A stretch of 64,000 nt of DNA from Gammaproteobacteria bacterium (GCA_965248145.1 OZ252091.1:3218082-3282081); one strand, 5' to 3'; positions 28,928 through 39,134 are shown, numbered from the stretch's first letter. The notes: generated from the sequence alone by a model not told the origin. Numbers and translations: made by a program.

Positions 28928-30235
28928 TCAGCCCGTAATTGCCTCATACAAAGTTCCACTCAGGACAAAGATCAGGATTGCCGGAGCGGCCCATTTGATC
29001 CAGAAAAAGTAAATGGATGACAGCAGCTTGTACTTTGTGCCGAAAACCTGCCTGACTGCATCTGCTCTGCCGATTACCCAGGCGAGCGCAAGCAAGGCAA
29101 GACAGCCGCCAATCAGCAGTCCGGCAGAACCGAAGAGCAGGTCCGCAATACCGATCAGTCCGGGATAAAAGGTAAAGAAAACAGCTAACAGGGCCTGAAT
29201 CACCACTAAAATAATCAACAGCCGCGTCTTGCTGATACGGACGACTTTGGAATCACCCAGCAGGCCCCCTACTACCGCTTCAATCACGGCAACGTAGGAA
29301 AGCAACGCTACCAGAAAAAGAGAGAGCAGCATCAAACTGCCGAACAAACGGCCACCGGGAATGGCATTGAACAAACCGGGCAGGGTTTCAAACAGCAGCG
29401 TCGGTCCTGCCGTCAAATCCATGCCGAATACGAGCAGGGCCGGGATAAGATATAACGCCGCCAATAATGCCGCGCCGGTATCACCGATGCATGTCATCAC
29501 GGCTAACCTGGGCAGTTTGATGTCGTCCTTCAGGTAGCTGCCGTAGATCAAGGTAAGAGTCGCCCCCAGGCCGATTGAAAAATAGGCCTGACCCATAGCG
29601 GCAAAAACCTCGGTAAACCCTATCTTGCTGAAATCCACTTGCAGGAATACCGATAAATGCGATGTGGCTCCCGGCAGGTTCAATACCTTGTAGACAAGAT
29701 AAAAACTGACCAGGAAGAAAAATGGGACAAACAGGTTACTGACAAACTCAATACCTTTTCTGACGCCGCGATGTATGATGAAAGCGGAAACTAAAAGGAC
29801 AAACAATGCCAGGAATAACTGTAGCGAGTGGTTGCTCAGGCCTGTTTTGAAGGCGGGAGTCGTTGCCGCGCTGAACCCGTGCAGTGCCGAATAATAACCA
29901 CTATAGAAAATATTGCCGACGATAACGAGATAATACCCCCCCGCTATAGAGAGGGAAAACAACAGGCCATAACCAATCAGCCGTCCATATACGGGACCGA
30001 ACGTCGCCGTAAAAGCGCCGATGGTCCCTTGCCGCGTATGTCTCGCCAGTGACCACTCCGCCATCAACGCGGGTAAAGACAGAAAGACCACACAGGCAAT
30101 AAATAAAACCAGGAACGCACTGCCCCCATGGCTGCCCATCATATAAGGGAAACGCCATACATTGCCGATACCGATAGCGAGGCCGGCGGTCGCCATCAAA
30201 GACGTTAAAAAAGAACTGAAGCGCTGGGTCGGCAA
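28928..30235 (-). CDS. sodium-dependent transporter (NSS/SNF family)
   Basis: 435 aa, 11-12 TM segments. The N-terminal motif IGIGNVWRFPYM is an NSS family hallmark. Confidence 0.8.
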   Translation of the reverse strand: MPTQRFSSFLTSLMATAGLAIGIGNVWRFPYMMGSHGGSAFLVLFIACVVFLSLPALMAEWSLARHTRQGTIGAFTATFGPVYGRLIGYGLLFSLSIAGGYYLVIVGNIFYSGYYSALHGFSAATTPAFKTGLSNHSLQLFLALFVLLVSAFIIHRGVRKGIEFVSNLFVPFFFLVSFYLVYKVLNLPGATSHLSVFLQVDFSKIGFTEVFAAMGQAYFSIGLGATLTLIYGSYLKDDIKLPRLAVMTCIGDTGAALLAALYLIPALLVFGMDLTAGPTLLFETLPGLFNAIPGGRLFGSLMLLSLFLVALLSYVAVIEAVVGGLLGDSKVVRISKTRLLIILVVIQALLAVFFTFYPGLIGIADLLFGSAGLLIGGCLALLALAWVIGRADAVRQVFGTKYKLLSSIYFFWIKWAAPAILIFVLSGTLYEAITG

Positions 30236-30381
30236 GATAATTAATCTTTACTGATATCGATAGCGAACCGTCGCGCCGAAGGTCTGCCTTTCGCCGAAGA
30301 TATCCAGTTTGAAGAAACCGATATGATTGAGGAGAGTTTTTTCCTGACTGACATTACCTGTCCCCCTGATAATTTTGCTAG

Positions 30382-31659
30382 TTAACGTTTATTGACAAAA
30401 AATCGTTTTCCCTTCATTTCAAACCGTGGCAGTGTTCCCGGTTCAACTACCGTTATATTTGGCCGCAAACCCAGTTTGTCCACCATCAACTCTGCCAGCG
30501 CCGCTTGTGTCGTGGCCCGACCTGCGTCAGCGTTGACTTCAATTTCCATATCGATTTCATCCAGTTCCCCCGTGGTTGAGATGGTTGTTCGATATTCGTC
30601 TATCTCATCCAGGCTGCGTACCAGGTTATCGATCGCGCCGGGGTAAATATTGACGCCGCGTACAGTTACCATATCATCCATACGACCGATAATGCCACCT
30701 TCAAAGTACAGCAGGTGGCGCGTTGTCGCCGCTGGCCCGGTATAGCGGACCATGTCTCCTGTTTTGTAACGGATAACCGGGAAGCCCCAACGCCCCAGGT
30801 TGGTCAGCACCAGTTCGCCTGCTTCACCCTGCTCGACGCGCTTACCTTCCGCGTTGAGTACCTCAGCGATAAATTCGGTCTCGTTAACCAATAAACCATT
30901 CGGGTGCGTACACGCCTCGAAGCCATAAGCGCCGACTTCCGATGCGCCTGAATGATCACGGCATTTCGCCGACCAGCCTGATTCAATGCGCCGTTTAATC
31001 GCCGGTATGTTGGTGCCCGGTTCACCGGTGTGAATCGTCGTATGGATTTTTAATTCACCGATGTCAAAATCATGTTCACCGGCCACTTTCAACAGGTGCA
31101 AAGCGTAGCTCGGCGTACAACACAACACCGTACAACCTGTTTCCCGCATTAACTTCAAACGTTCCAGCGAGGAGCGACCACCGCCCGGGATCAATAACGC
31201 CCCCAGTTGTCGGGCGCCTTCCACGGCGGCCCAGAAGCCGATAAACGGGCCAAAAGAAAAAGCGCAAAATATCCTGTCGTTCGCATTCACGCCGGAAGAA
31301 GAAAAAACCTGTTTCCAGCAACGCCCCCACCAGTCCCAGCTTTCCGGTGTATCCAACACCCGCAATGGCTCGCCTTTAGTCCCCGAGGTCTGGTGAAAAC
31401 GGGTGTATCGAGATAATGGATACGTCAGGTTTGCCGCAAAATGACCATTATCCTGATCTGCGACCAGTTCACTTTTTTCAGTGAACGGCAGGCGTGAAAT
31501 ATCATCCAGGGACTGAATACTGTCCGGTTTAATCCCGGCCTCATCAAACTTTTTTGTATAAAACCGGTTCTTACGATAAATCTCAGCAAAAGTGTGATGC
31601 AATTTAGTTAATTGCAATTCTTCAATGGCGGTTCTTGAGGACAGGGTTAAGGCGTCCAT
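30382..31659 (-). CDS. phenylacetate-CoA ligase family (PaaK-like) aryl/arylalkyl acid-CoA ligase
   Basis: 425 aa. The PaaK-like N-terminal region and the AMP-binding core (TSGTKGEP, YKTGD) are present. Confidence 0.8.
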   Translation of the reverse strand: MDALTLSSRTAIEELQLTKLHHTFAEIYRKNRFYTKKFDEAGIKPDSIQSLDDISRLPFTEKSELVADQDNGHFAANLTYPLSRYTRFHQTSGTKGEPLRVLDTPESWDWWGRCWKQVFSSSGVNANDRIFCAFSFGPFIGFWAAVEGARQLGALLIPGGGRSSLERLKLMRETGCTVLCCTPSYALHLLKVAGEHDFDIGELKIHTTIHTGEPGTNIPAIKRRIESGWSAKCRDHSGASEVGAYGFEACTHPNGLLVNETEFIAEVLNAEGKRVEQGEAGELVLTNLGRWGFPVIRYKTGDMVRYTGPAATTRHLLYFEGGIIGRMDDMVTVRGVNIYPGAIDNLVRSLDEIDEYRTTISTTGELDEIDMEIEVNADAGRATTQAALAELMVDKLGLRPNITVVEPGTLPRFEMKGKRFFVNKR

Positions 31660-31662
31660 ATC

Positions 31663-32685
31663 TCACAACAGGGATTGGCGCGCGATTTTTTTCCTGGTTG
31701 CGCGCATATCATCACCGCGAAGCTCCCGCAGCGCGCAGCCCGCAATATGGCCGATAGCCCGTTTCCGCCAGTGGGGAGCAAAGTCCGTGTTCTTTACCGG
31801 CTTCGCCGCCTTGACGCAGGCGGCCGCAGCTTCTTCAATCACCTCGTCCGTCAATCTCCTGCCCCGTAGAAATTCATTGGCCGTTGCGCAAAAGACAGGT
31901 TGCGACGCGACCGCGCCCAATACGATACGCGCGTCTGTGATACTGTCGCGCGCATCAAATTGAATCGTAGCAGCCACCGATAAAACCGGAAAATCAAATG
32001 AACCGCGACGCCGCAATTTCCAGTAGGCGCTTCTTGACCCGTTTGCATCCGGCAAAACGATATTCGTCAGGATCTCCTCTTTTTTACGCGTTAAATAATG
32101 GATGCCGTCGTCCTGGTACAAGTCTTTCAATGGAACCGTCCGCTGTCCGTTTGCCGACACGAGCTCCACTTCGGCGCCCAATGAAATAAGCGCCGGCGCC
32201 GTATCCGTTGACGAGGTTGCCAGGCACTTTTTACTGCCGGTAGCGACCCAGCAGATGTCGCCGTCTTTTTTCATGCAGAAGTCGATAGCCTTGCGCCATT
32301 CATGGTTTTGATCGTAGTAATTGCAGCGGGTATCCAGACAGATGTTGCCGCCCAATGTGCCCATGTTGCGCAGGAGCGGCGTCGCCACCTGCGCGGCGGC
32401 CTGCCATAATCCTTTGTAGGCTGATTTGATTGTGTCATTTTCCACCAGGGAAGTGAGGGTTACGCCCGCGCCGATGGTCAGGCCGGTCCCGTTCGTCAAC
32501 TTCTTTAACGCGTCGATATGACGCAAGGCCACCAGGGTCTGCGGCGTTTGCTGACGGCGCTTCATGTTGGGCAATAAATCGGTGCCACCGGCGATTACCA
32601 TGACGTTGTCTTCAGCGGCCAGGATCTGCGCCGCCTCGCTGACGTCCCGCGGCCGGTAATAATGGAACCGGGGCAGGCGCATCAT
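31663..32685 (-). CDS. molybdenum hydroxylase FAD-binding medium subunit with Cys-rich insertion (4-hydroxybenzoyl-CoA reductase HcrB-like)
   Basis: FAD_binding_5 domain (VMVIAGGTDLLPNMK). An extra loop ICLDTRCNYYDQ...FCMKKDGDICWV...KKCLA lies within the protein. The roughly 340-aa length is as in HcrB rather than CoxM. Confidence 0.75.
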   Translation of the reverse strand: MMRLPRFHYYRPRDVSEAAQILAAEDNVMVIAGGTDLLPNMKRRQQTPQTLVALRHIDALKKLTNGTGLTIGAGVTLTSLVENDTIKSAYKGLWQAAAQVATPLLRNMGTLGGNICLDTRCNYYDQNHEWRKAIDFCMKKDGDICWVATGSKKCLATSSTDTAPALISLGAEVELVSANGQRTVPLKDLYQDDGIHYLTRKKEEILTNIVLPDANGSRSAYWKLRRRGSFDFPVLSVAATIQFDARDSITDARIVLGAVASQPVFCATANEFLRGRRLTDEVIEEAAAACVKAAKPVKNTDFAPHWRKRAIGHIAGCALRELRGDDMRATRKKIARQSLL

Positions 32686-35165
32686 GATGCGGCCACCTGT
32701 TTGAATTTATCCATCTCGTGCATCTTGGCGGCCCGTTTGCGCTGCGGTTTATTGACGGCGTTGCCATCCCCCCCCTCCCAGGGTGGCGGCACCCGGAACG
32801 GCTCCGGCCACTCGAGGTCAGGAAACCGGTCAGGTCCCACCCGGCCTGCTCCCCCCCTGGCCTTGTCATCCAGGGCCTTCAATATCTTTTCGGCGGTAAC
32901 CGGCACCTCATCAATACGCACGCCCACGGCGTCGTAAACCGCATTGGCCACAGCCGGCATGATGGGCAGCAAGGGGCCTTGTCCCGCTTCCTTGGCGCCG
33001 AACGGGCCATTATCATCGGGGTGTTCAATCAAGTCCGTGATCACTTCCGGCATATCATGGGAGGTGGGACTCTTGTATTCCAGCATCGAAGGCTCACGAT
33101 GAACCAGCGCGCCGGATAAGCGCGCCGGCAGTCGGCGAAAGGCGGACTCTTCCATCAAGGCTTCTCCCAATCCCATGTAAACGCTGCCCTCCACCTGGCC
33201 GCGGGCGAGTACGGGGTTCATGGCGCGACCGAGGTCATGGGCGATATAGATCCTGGGAACGGTGAGCCAACCGGTGGACGTATCGACGTCCACCTCGACC
33301 ACGGCCGCCGTATAGGAGTAAGCCGGCGATGGCCCGACACCCCCGCCTTTATATTTCCCGGGTGGGGCCGCCGGCGTATAGGAGCCCGTCGTGCCCAGGG
33401 CGCCGTGCATTTCCTCCGCGCAAACCAGCGCTTTTTGAAACGACAGTATCTGCTCGGAATGGCCGGCGTTAAAGACCTGGCCGTTGGCAAAAACGATGGA
33501 TTCAACGCCCGTATCAAATTTTTGCGCAACCGCCTGCGCGATCAACTCGCGGGCCCGCTCCGCCGCCTGGATAGCGGCATTGCCCATCATCAGGGTCACG
33601 CGGGATGAATAGGATCCCAGGTCGACCGGGGTCAAGTCCGTATCGCCGGTGACGCAGCGGATATCCAGGGGATCGATGCCCAGTATCTCGGCAATCGTGG
33701 CGACCAGTACGTCGTCGGAACCCTGGCCGATTTCCGTGGCCCCGCAAAATACCGTGACCTTGCCGCTACGATCCAGCTTCAATTGCACACCGGAATGGGG
33801 CATGGCGTTCCAGTAAATGGAATTGCCCGCGCCGGTCAGGTAACTGGAACAAGCCAGACCCAGGCCCTTCCCTTCCGGCAGTTTCCCGTATTTATCCTTC
33901 CAGCCGGAACGTTCGGTCACCGTATGGATACATTCCGCCAGACCGATGCTGCCGATCTTCAGGTAATTGGCCGTCAGCGCGCCGGGTTTCTCAACGATAT
34001 TAAGACGAAACTCGGCGGGATCGATTTTCAGCTTTTCCGCTATCTTGTCCAACTGCACTTCCTGGCCGAAACGCGGTTGCACCGTTCCATGACCCCGTTT
34101 CGGGCCGCAGGGGGGTTTGTTGGTGAACATGCGGCAGGCGTCAAAGGCATAGCGCGGCAGGTGATAGGTGACGGGTTGCAACACGGCCGTATAGAAGGTA
34201 CTGGCAACGCCATAGGAGCCGTAGGCGCCGCCGTCCAGCAAGGTCTGTAAATGCATACCGGTCAGCGCGCCGCTCTTGTCGACGCCGGTCCGGAATTTCA
34301 TCAATACCGGGTGGCGGCCGCGGTGACAATAAAATACTTCTTCGCGGTTCAGGCAGATCTTGACGGGGCGGCCCAGCATCATGGCGGCTTTTACCACCAC
34401 TATCTCATGATGAAACGGATCGGACTTGCCGCCGAAACCGCCGCCGTTGGGACTGGCAATGACGCGGATGCGCGCCATGGGGACGTCCAGCGCTCTGGCA
34501 ACGGCGCGATGTACGTAATGGGGACATTGCGTGCTTGACCACAGGGTAACCCGGCCATCGGCTTCCAACATCCCGACGGCGGCATGTTGCTCCAGGGGCA
34601 GGTGGGTATTGCCCTCAAAGAAGAAAATGTCTTCGAACACGTGATCGCTGTTTGCCAGGCTCTCCTCCACGTCGCCAAATTCGTAACTGAGGCGTTTATG
34701 GATATTTCCCTCTTCGCTGTATTCATGTAAACGCGCGGCAGGATTATTCAGGGCCTCGGCGGGATCGGAGATCGTATCCAAGGGTTCATACTCGACCCTG
34801 ATCAGGTCCAGAGCCTCCTCCGCGGCAAACTCATCCCGGGCAACAACGGCCGCGACCGGATCACCCACAAAACGCACTTTTTCCCTGCATAAGGGCTGTT
34901 CATCCTGGCTTACCGGCAGGATGCCGTATTCATTGGGGAAATCCTTGCCGGTCAATACCAGCTTCACTCCGGGATGCCGCTCAGCCCTGCCGGTGTCAAC
35001 GGACCTGATAAGAGCATGGGGCACGTGGGAACGCAGCAGTTTACAGTGCAACATGCGCGGCAACATAATATCGTCGGCAAACTGGGTGCGGCCGGTCACC
35101 TTATCGGCGCCATCCACGCGCCGGCGCGGCTTGCCGATGACGGAGAATGTATCCGTATCACTCAT
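32682..35165 (-). CDS. molybdopterin-dependent hydroxylase large subunit (xanthine dehydrogenase family; 4-hydroxybenzoyl-CoA reductase HcrA-like)
   Basis: 827 aa. Ald_Xan_dh_C and MoCo-binding domains are present. There is an unusual roughly 60-aa Pro/Gly/Lys-rich C-terminal tail. It overlaps the downstream gene by 4 bp. Confidence 0.8.
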   Translation of the reverse strand: MSDTDTFSVIGKPRRRVDGADKVTGRTQFADDIMLPRMLHCKLLRSHVPHALIRSVDTGRAERHPGVKLVLTGKDFPNEYGILPVSQDEQPLCREKVRFVGDPVAAVVARDEFAAEEALDLIRVEYEPLDTISDPAEALNNPAARLHEYSEEGNIHKRLSYEFGDVEESLANSDHVFEDIFFFEGNTHLPLEQHAAVGMLEADGRVTLWSSTQCPHYVHRAVARALDVPMARIRVIASPNGGGFGGKSDPFHHEIVVVKAAMMLGRPVKICLNREEVFYCHRGRHPVLMKFRTGVDKSGALTGMHLQTLLDGGAYGSYGVASTFYTAVLQPVTYHLPRYAFDACRMFTNKPPCGPKRGHGTVQPRFGQEVQLDKIAEKLKIDPAEFRLNIVEKPGALTANYLKIGSIGLAECIHTVTERSGWKDKYGKLPEGKGLGLACSSYLTGAGNSIYWNAMPHSGVQLKLDRSGKVTVFCGATEIGQGSDDVLVATIAEILGIDPLDIRCVTGDTDLTPVDLGSYSSRVTLMMGNAAIQAAERARELIAQAVAQKFDTGVESIVFANGQVFNAGHSEQILSFQKALVCAEEMHGALGTTGSYTPAAPPGKYKGGGVGPSPAYSYTAAVVEVDVDTSTGWLTVPRIYIAHDLGRAMNPVLARGQVEGSVYMGLGEALMEESAFRRLPARLSGALVHREPSMLEYKSPTSHDMPEVITDLIEHPDDNGPFGAKEAGQGPLLPIMPAVANAVYDAVGVRIDEVPVTAEKILKALDDKARGGAGRVGPDRFPDLEWPEPFRVPPPWEGGDGNAVNKPQRKRAAKMHEMDKFKQVAAS

Positions 35166-35701
35166 CAGCCAACGTTGCCTGCCGTTCGTCTTCCTGACTG
35201 GTTGACGCGCAGGATCGCTTCTTCCACGGATTCAAAGATCTGTTGATACCCGGTGCAGCGGCACAGGTTGCCGGACAGGGCTTCCCGGATCTGCTCCCGG
35301 TCGGGATTGGGTTGCCGGTCGAGTAAGGCCTTGCAGGTAAGCAGGATGGCCGGCGTACAATAACCGCATTGGGCGCCGCCGAGATCGGCGAACGCCGATT
35401 GCAAGGGATGTAATTCCGCGGCCTCCGCCATACCTTCTATGGTATCGATGGCGCAACCTTCAGCTTCCAGGGCCAGTGACAGGCAGGAAAGTATCGGCTC
35501 GCCGTCAACCAGAACCGCACAGGCGCCGCATTCGCCCAACTCACAACCGTGTTTGGTGCCGGTCAGTTGCAGGTCTTCCCGCAACATCTCCAGCAGCGTT
35601 TTGTAAGGCGCCACCGAGACCTGCAGCGGCTCACCGTTGACCTGGCAACTGATGTGGGCATTCTCCTGTGTATCTCGTTTAAGCGTTGTGACCGTGTTCA
35701 C
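35165..35701 (-). CDS. (2Fe-2S)-binding small subunit of the molybdenum hydroxylase (HcrC/CoxS-like)
   Basis: Plant-type cluster (CELGECGACAV) and a second cluster (GAQCGYCTPAILL...NLCRCTGY). Confidence 0.85.
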   Translation of the reverse strand: MNTVTTLKRDTQENAHISCQVNGEPLQVSVAPYKTLLEMLREDLQLTGTKHGCELGECGACAVLVDGEPILSCLSLALEAEGCAIDTIEGMAEAAELHPLQSAFADLGGAQCGYCTPAILLTCKALLDRQPNPDREQIREALSGNLCRCTGYQQIFESVEEAILRVNQSGRRTAGNVG

Positions 35702-35740
35702 TATTCATTCTCTGATGGAAATCTCGCCCGAGTTATTAAT

Positions 35741-35816
35741 TTGCTAGTTATCAGTTAGTTTTTAGAAACGGACTGGGGCAGTATCAACTAAAAACTAAAA
35801 ACCAGAAACTAAAAAC
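35741..35816. repeat. AAACTAAAAACTA-family repeat in the divergent hcr/marR promoter region
   Basis: agttagtttttagaaac ... aactaaaaactaaaaaccagaaactaaaaacc. Confidence 0.7.
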
Positions 35817-35865
35817 CATTCATCAATATTGTAAGGATACCTTACATTATAGTAGAATAAAAGAA

Positions 35866-36339
35866 ATGAATAAAAACACAACCGAACATGCCGTGGATTT
35901 CACCACACTCAATGGGTTGATCGGCTTTCAGGTCCGGCAGGCGCAGCTCCAGGTTTTCAACCATTTCCGGAAAACAGTCGGAAAAACGGGAATCACGCCA
36001 GGCCAGGCCGGTATTCTCATTTTAATCGGGAATAATCCTGCTATCAGCCAAGCTGCCCTGGCCCGCGCTATTGGGGTGGAACGGGCCACGCTGGGTCAAA
36101 TCATCGCGGACATGGAGGCCAAATCCTGGGTGGAACGCCATCCATCCCATTCAGACAAGCGCAGTTACGCGCTGGCACTGTCATCATCCGGCAAGACCTT
36201 CCTGGAAAAAATGTTGCAGAAGATCACTGTCCATGAGCAGGACATGATCGCTCACTTAAGCATAAAAGAACGACGGGAATTTCTGCGTTTGTTACTTAAA
36301 TTTTCCGGTGTTGATAGACATGACGACAAACGTGGCTGA
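35866..36339 (+). CDS. MarR-family transcriptional regulator
   Basis: 157 aa with a MarR wHTH (GITPGQAGILILIGNNPAISQAALARAIGVERATLGQIIADME). Divergent from the hcr-like operon. Confidence 0.8.
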   Translation: MNKNTTEHAVDFTTLNGLIGFQVRQAQLQVFNHFRKTVGKTGITPGQAGILILIGNNPAISQAALARAIGVERATLGQIIADMEAKSWVERHPSHSDKRSYALALSSSGKTFLEKMLQKITVHEQDMIAHLSIKERREFLRLLLKFSGVDRHDDKRG

Positions 36340-36547
36340 TAACGCCATGCTGTTGGCAGTCCTGGCAGGTTACAACAGAAAACAGACCGCTGGCGGCGCC
36401 TGCAGGTAGTTCCCTTTACATGGGCATAGCAATATATTTACCTCTTTTTATCAGTCTTAAATTCAGATAATAAGTGCAACACCCGAAGAAATCAGCCAGC
36501 TGGTATATTTCACGGGTCTTGATAAGTACCAGCGAAACGGTTAAAGT

Positions 36548-36817
36548 TTGCCCATTGAAAATCATGAAAGTTTATTGACCACCATGCTGCACCGTCACCT
36601 TAATCATGAGCGTTTTACTCTTGCCGGGATCGATGATGTGATCTCTCGAGGCCGCTGGCGGGATTGGGTCGACCTGCGTCATGCAATCCTTAGAGACCGG
36701 TCATTGCTGGATAAAATAGAACGGGTCTGTCACGCCCATCTTGTTGACCCTTACGCCCAACGTTATCACTTCTGGATGAACTATGTCGAGGAGCGCCGCA
36801 CCTGCGACCCTGCCTGA
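36548..36817 (+). CDS. hypothetical small protein, possible antitoxin partner of the downstream nucleotidyltransferase
   Basis: 89-aa ORF with a TTG start. It overlaps the downstream gene by 35 bp. No motif recognised. Confidence 0.3.
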   Translation: MPIENHESLLTTMLHRHLNHERFTLAGIDDVISRGRWRDWVDLRHAILRDRSLLDKIERVCHAHLVDPYAQRYHFWMNYVEERRTCDPA

Positions 36818-37493
36818 TTGGGAACAGGTTCTTTCTGCCGCAGCCCGCTTGCAGAATATCCTGCCGGATGCTGTGCTGGTTGGCGGGACGGCAGCCGCTA
36901 TCCATGCCGGACACCGGTTCTCCCTGGATGCCGATCATGTCCTGACGGAGTTGCGCGGGCACTTCGACGGAATTCTTTCTCAACTCGAGTCGGTGGCCGG
37001 GTGGAACACGGCGCGCGTGCAACGCCCGGTGCAAATTCTGGGCAACTTGGACGGTATTGAGACTGGAATACGGCAATTGATCCGACAGGAACCGTTGGAA
37101 ACGATGATTTTTGACTATCACGGCGCCCGACTGACTATTCCCACCGAGGCAGAAATCCTCCGTATCAAAGGCGTGCTGATTCTCAAACGTAACGCGACCC
37201 GGGATTATCTCGATTTCGTGGCGCTCGCTGATCATATAGGCGACGAACTCGTAGCCGGCGCACTCCGCTCGTTCGATAGGCTATACCCGCAGGAAAACGG
37301 CGAGTCCCCCCTGCAACAATTACAAGCGCAACTCGCCAGCGCTTTGCCCTATGATCTGGAAGAAATAAACTTGCACGAATACAAACACCTTACATCACGG
37401 TGGCATAACTGGCAGGACGTGAAAGCAGCCTGCGCGCACGTCTCCACTATTATCTTTGAGCGCGTGTGTCAGCTTGAGGATGAGCGAAAATAG
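36783..37493 (+). CDS. AbiEii/DUF1814-like nucleotidyltransferase (type IV TA toxin family)
   Basis: N-terminal motif LVGGTAAAIHAGHRFSLDADHV resembles the GGTA...R.S.D.D nucleotidyltransferase signature of AbiEii. Confidence 0.5.
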   Translation: MSRSAAPATLPDWEQVLSAAARLQNILPDAVLVGGTAAAIHAGHRFSLDADHVLTELRGHFDGILSQLESVAGWNTARVQRPVQILGNLDGIETGIRQLIRQEPLETMIFDYHGARLTIPTEAEILRIKGVLILKRNATRDYLDFVALADHIGDELVAGALRSFDRLYPQENGESPLQQLQAQLASALPYDLEEINLHEYKHLTSRWHNWQDVKAACAHVSTIIFERVCQLEDERK

Positions 37494-37637
37494 GGGACAG
37501 ATCCTGACTTATCCTCACGAAATCGAAGTCCCGCCCCTGGATTCTGGCATTCGCCAGAATGACGACAGTGCAGGAAAACGCGGTCTGCCCCTTACACCTA
37601 TCCCAACCCTTCACTACGACAGAGGAACGTTAAGCTG

Positions 37638-39134
37638 ATGACATTCAAACTACCCGACAGGGACGAATTGAAAACCATTGCCGGTTCCATGGGATTGACT
37701 GTGGATGACACACTGGCGGAAACCATGCTTGAACAACTGGCAATGTTCGGCGGCGGCTATCAATTCATGGATCAACTGGAAGATAACCTGCCGGAAATCC
37801 AATATCCTCACAGGAGTTATCGACCCCCGACCGGGGAAGAAAACCCACTGGGCGCCTGGTACGTCAGGACTGACCTGAAAGGCAGGGACGCGGGACCGCT
37901 CAAGGACAGGACGGTTGCCGTCAAGGATAATATCTTTGTCGCAAATGTTCCCATGATGAACGGCGCTTCGATCCTGGAAGGTTTCATACCGGACTTCGAT
38001 GCCACCGTCGTTACCCGGTTGCTGGATGCCGGCGCTGAGATTACCGGCAAGGCGGTATGTGAATTTCTTTGTGTTTCCGGCGGCAGCGCCACAGCCAGTT
38101 CCGGCGTTGTCAGCAACCCGCATGATCACGATTACTCTGCCGGCGGTTCTTCCTCAGGCAGCGCTGCGCTGGTCGCCAACGGTGACGTGGATATGGCTTT
38201 GGGCTGCGACCAGGCCGGTTCGGTGCGCATTCCGTCGAGTTTCTGTGCTGTCTACGGTATGAAGGCCACTCACGGCCTGCTCCCCTACACGGGCATCATG
38301 GGCATGGAGGCCATGTTGGACCATGTCGGCCCCATGACGACAAACGTGGCCGATAACGCCCTGCTGCTGGAAGTCCTGGCGGGTTACGACGGGATGGACA
38401 GCCGCCAACGCCAATTACGAGTGCATAAATACACTGAGGCGCTCGGTGAGGATATCAGGGGAATGAAAATCGCCGTGGTCAAAGAGGGCTTTGGTCATCC
38501 CCTGTCGGAACCCGGGGTTGATCATTGTGTGCGTGACGCGGCAAGTCAATTCGCCGAGATCGGCGCGGAGGTGGCTGAAGTATCCATCCCCATGCACCTG
38601 GATGGCGTCCCTCTCTGGGGCAGTATTATCACTGACGGGCTTTGGGATACCATGCGCCATAACGGTCTCGCCGTAAACACCAACGGCTTTAACTCGCCGG
38701 CGTTGGAAAAATTCATGTCCGGCTGGCAGGATAAATTCGACCGGTTTCCCGTCAACCTGCACCTGATCCTGGTGCTGGGCAAGTACCTGGAGAAATATCA
38801 GGGCAAGTATTACGCCAAAGCAAAAAATCACCTGCCGAAACTGGCCAAGGCCTATAACGATGTCTTGCAGGATCATGACCTGTTACTGATGCCGACGACG
38901 TTGATGCAACCGCAAAAGAATCCGGCGCCTGACTCAGACCCTACCGAAAATATTATATTCATGGCGTTTAACACGGTACTCAATACCTGTCAGTTCGATA
39001 TTACCGGCCACCCGGCGATGTCGCTGCCGTGCGGCCGGCGCAACGGCCTGCCCGTAGGCATGATGCTGGTAGGCAAACACTTTGACGAACCGGCTATCTA
39101 CCGGGCTGCCTACGGGTTTGAACAGTCTTGTTAG
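37638..39134 (+). CDS. amidase (amidase-signature family)
   Basis: 498 aa. The AS signature GGSSSGSAALVANG and the Ser-cisSer-Lys triad context are present. Confidence 0.8.
   Translation: MTFKLPDRDELKTIAGSMGLTVDDTLAETMLEQLAMFGGGYQFMDQLEDNLPEIQYPHRSYRPPTGEENPLGAWYVRTDLKGRDAGPLKDRTVAVKDNIFVANVPMMNGASILEGFIPDFDATVVTRLLDAGAEITGKAVCEFLCVSGGSATASSGVVSNPHDHDYSAGGSSSGSAALVANGDVDMALGCDQAGSVRIPSSFCAVYGMKATHGLLPYTGIMGMEAMLDHVGPMTTNVADNALLLEVLAGYDGMDSRQRQLRVHKYTEALGEDIRGMKIAVVKEGFGHPLSEPGVDHCVRDAASQFAEIGAEVAEVSIPMHLDGVPLWGSIITDGLWDTMRHNGLAVNTNGFNSPALEKFMSGWQDKFDRFPVNLHLILVLGKYLEKYQGKYYAKAKNHLPKLAKAYNDVLQDHDLLLMPTTLMQPQKNPAPDSDPTENIIFMAFNTVLNTCQFDITGHPAMSLPCGRRNGLPVGMMLVGKHFDEPAIYRAAYGFEQSC

Noticed and set aside
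30371-35750. Shared 10-mer ttgctagtta at both ends of the paaK-hcr operon as inverted-repeat boundaries of a mobile unit
   Set aside because: There is only a 10-bp match, and it is in direct orientation. This is too short to distinguish from chance in AT-rich intergenic DNA.
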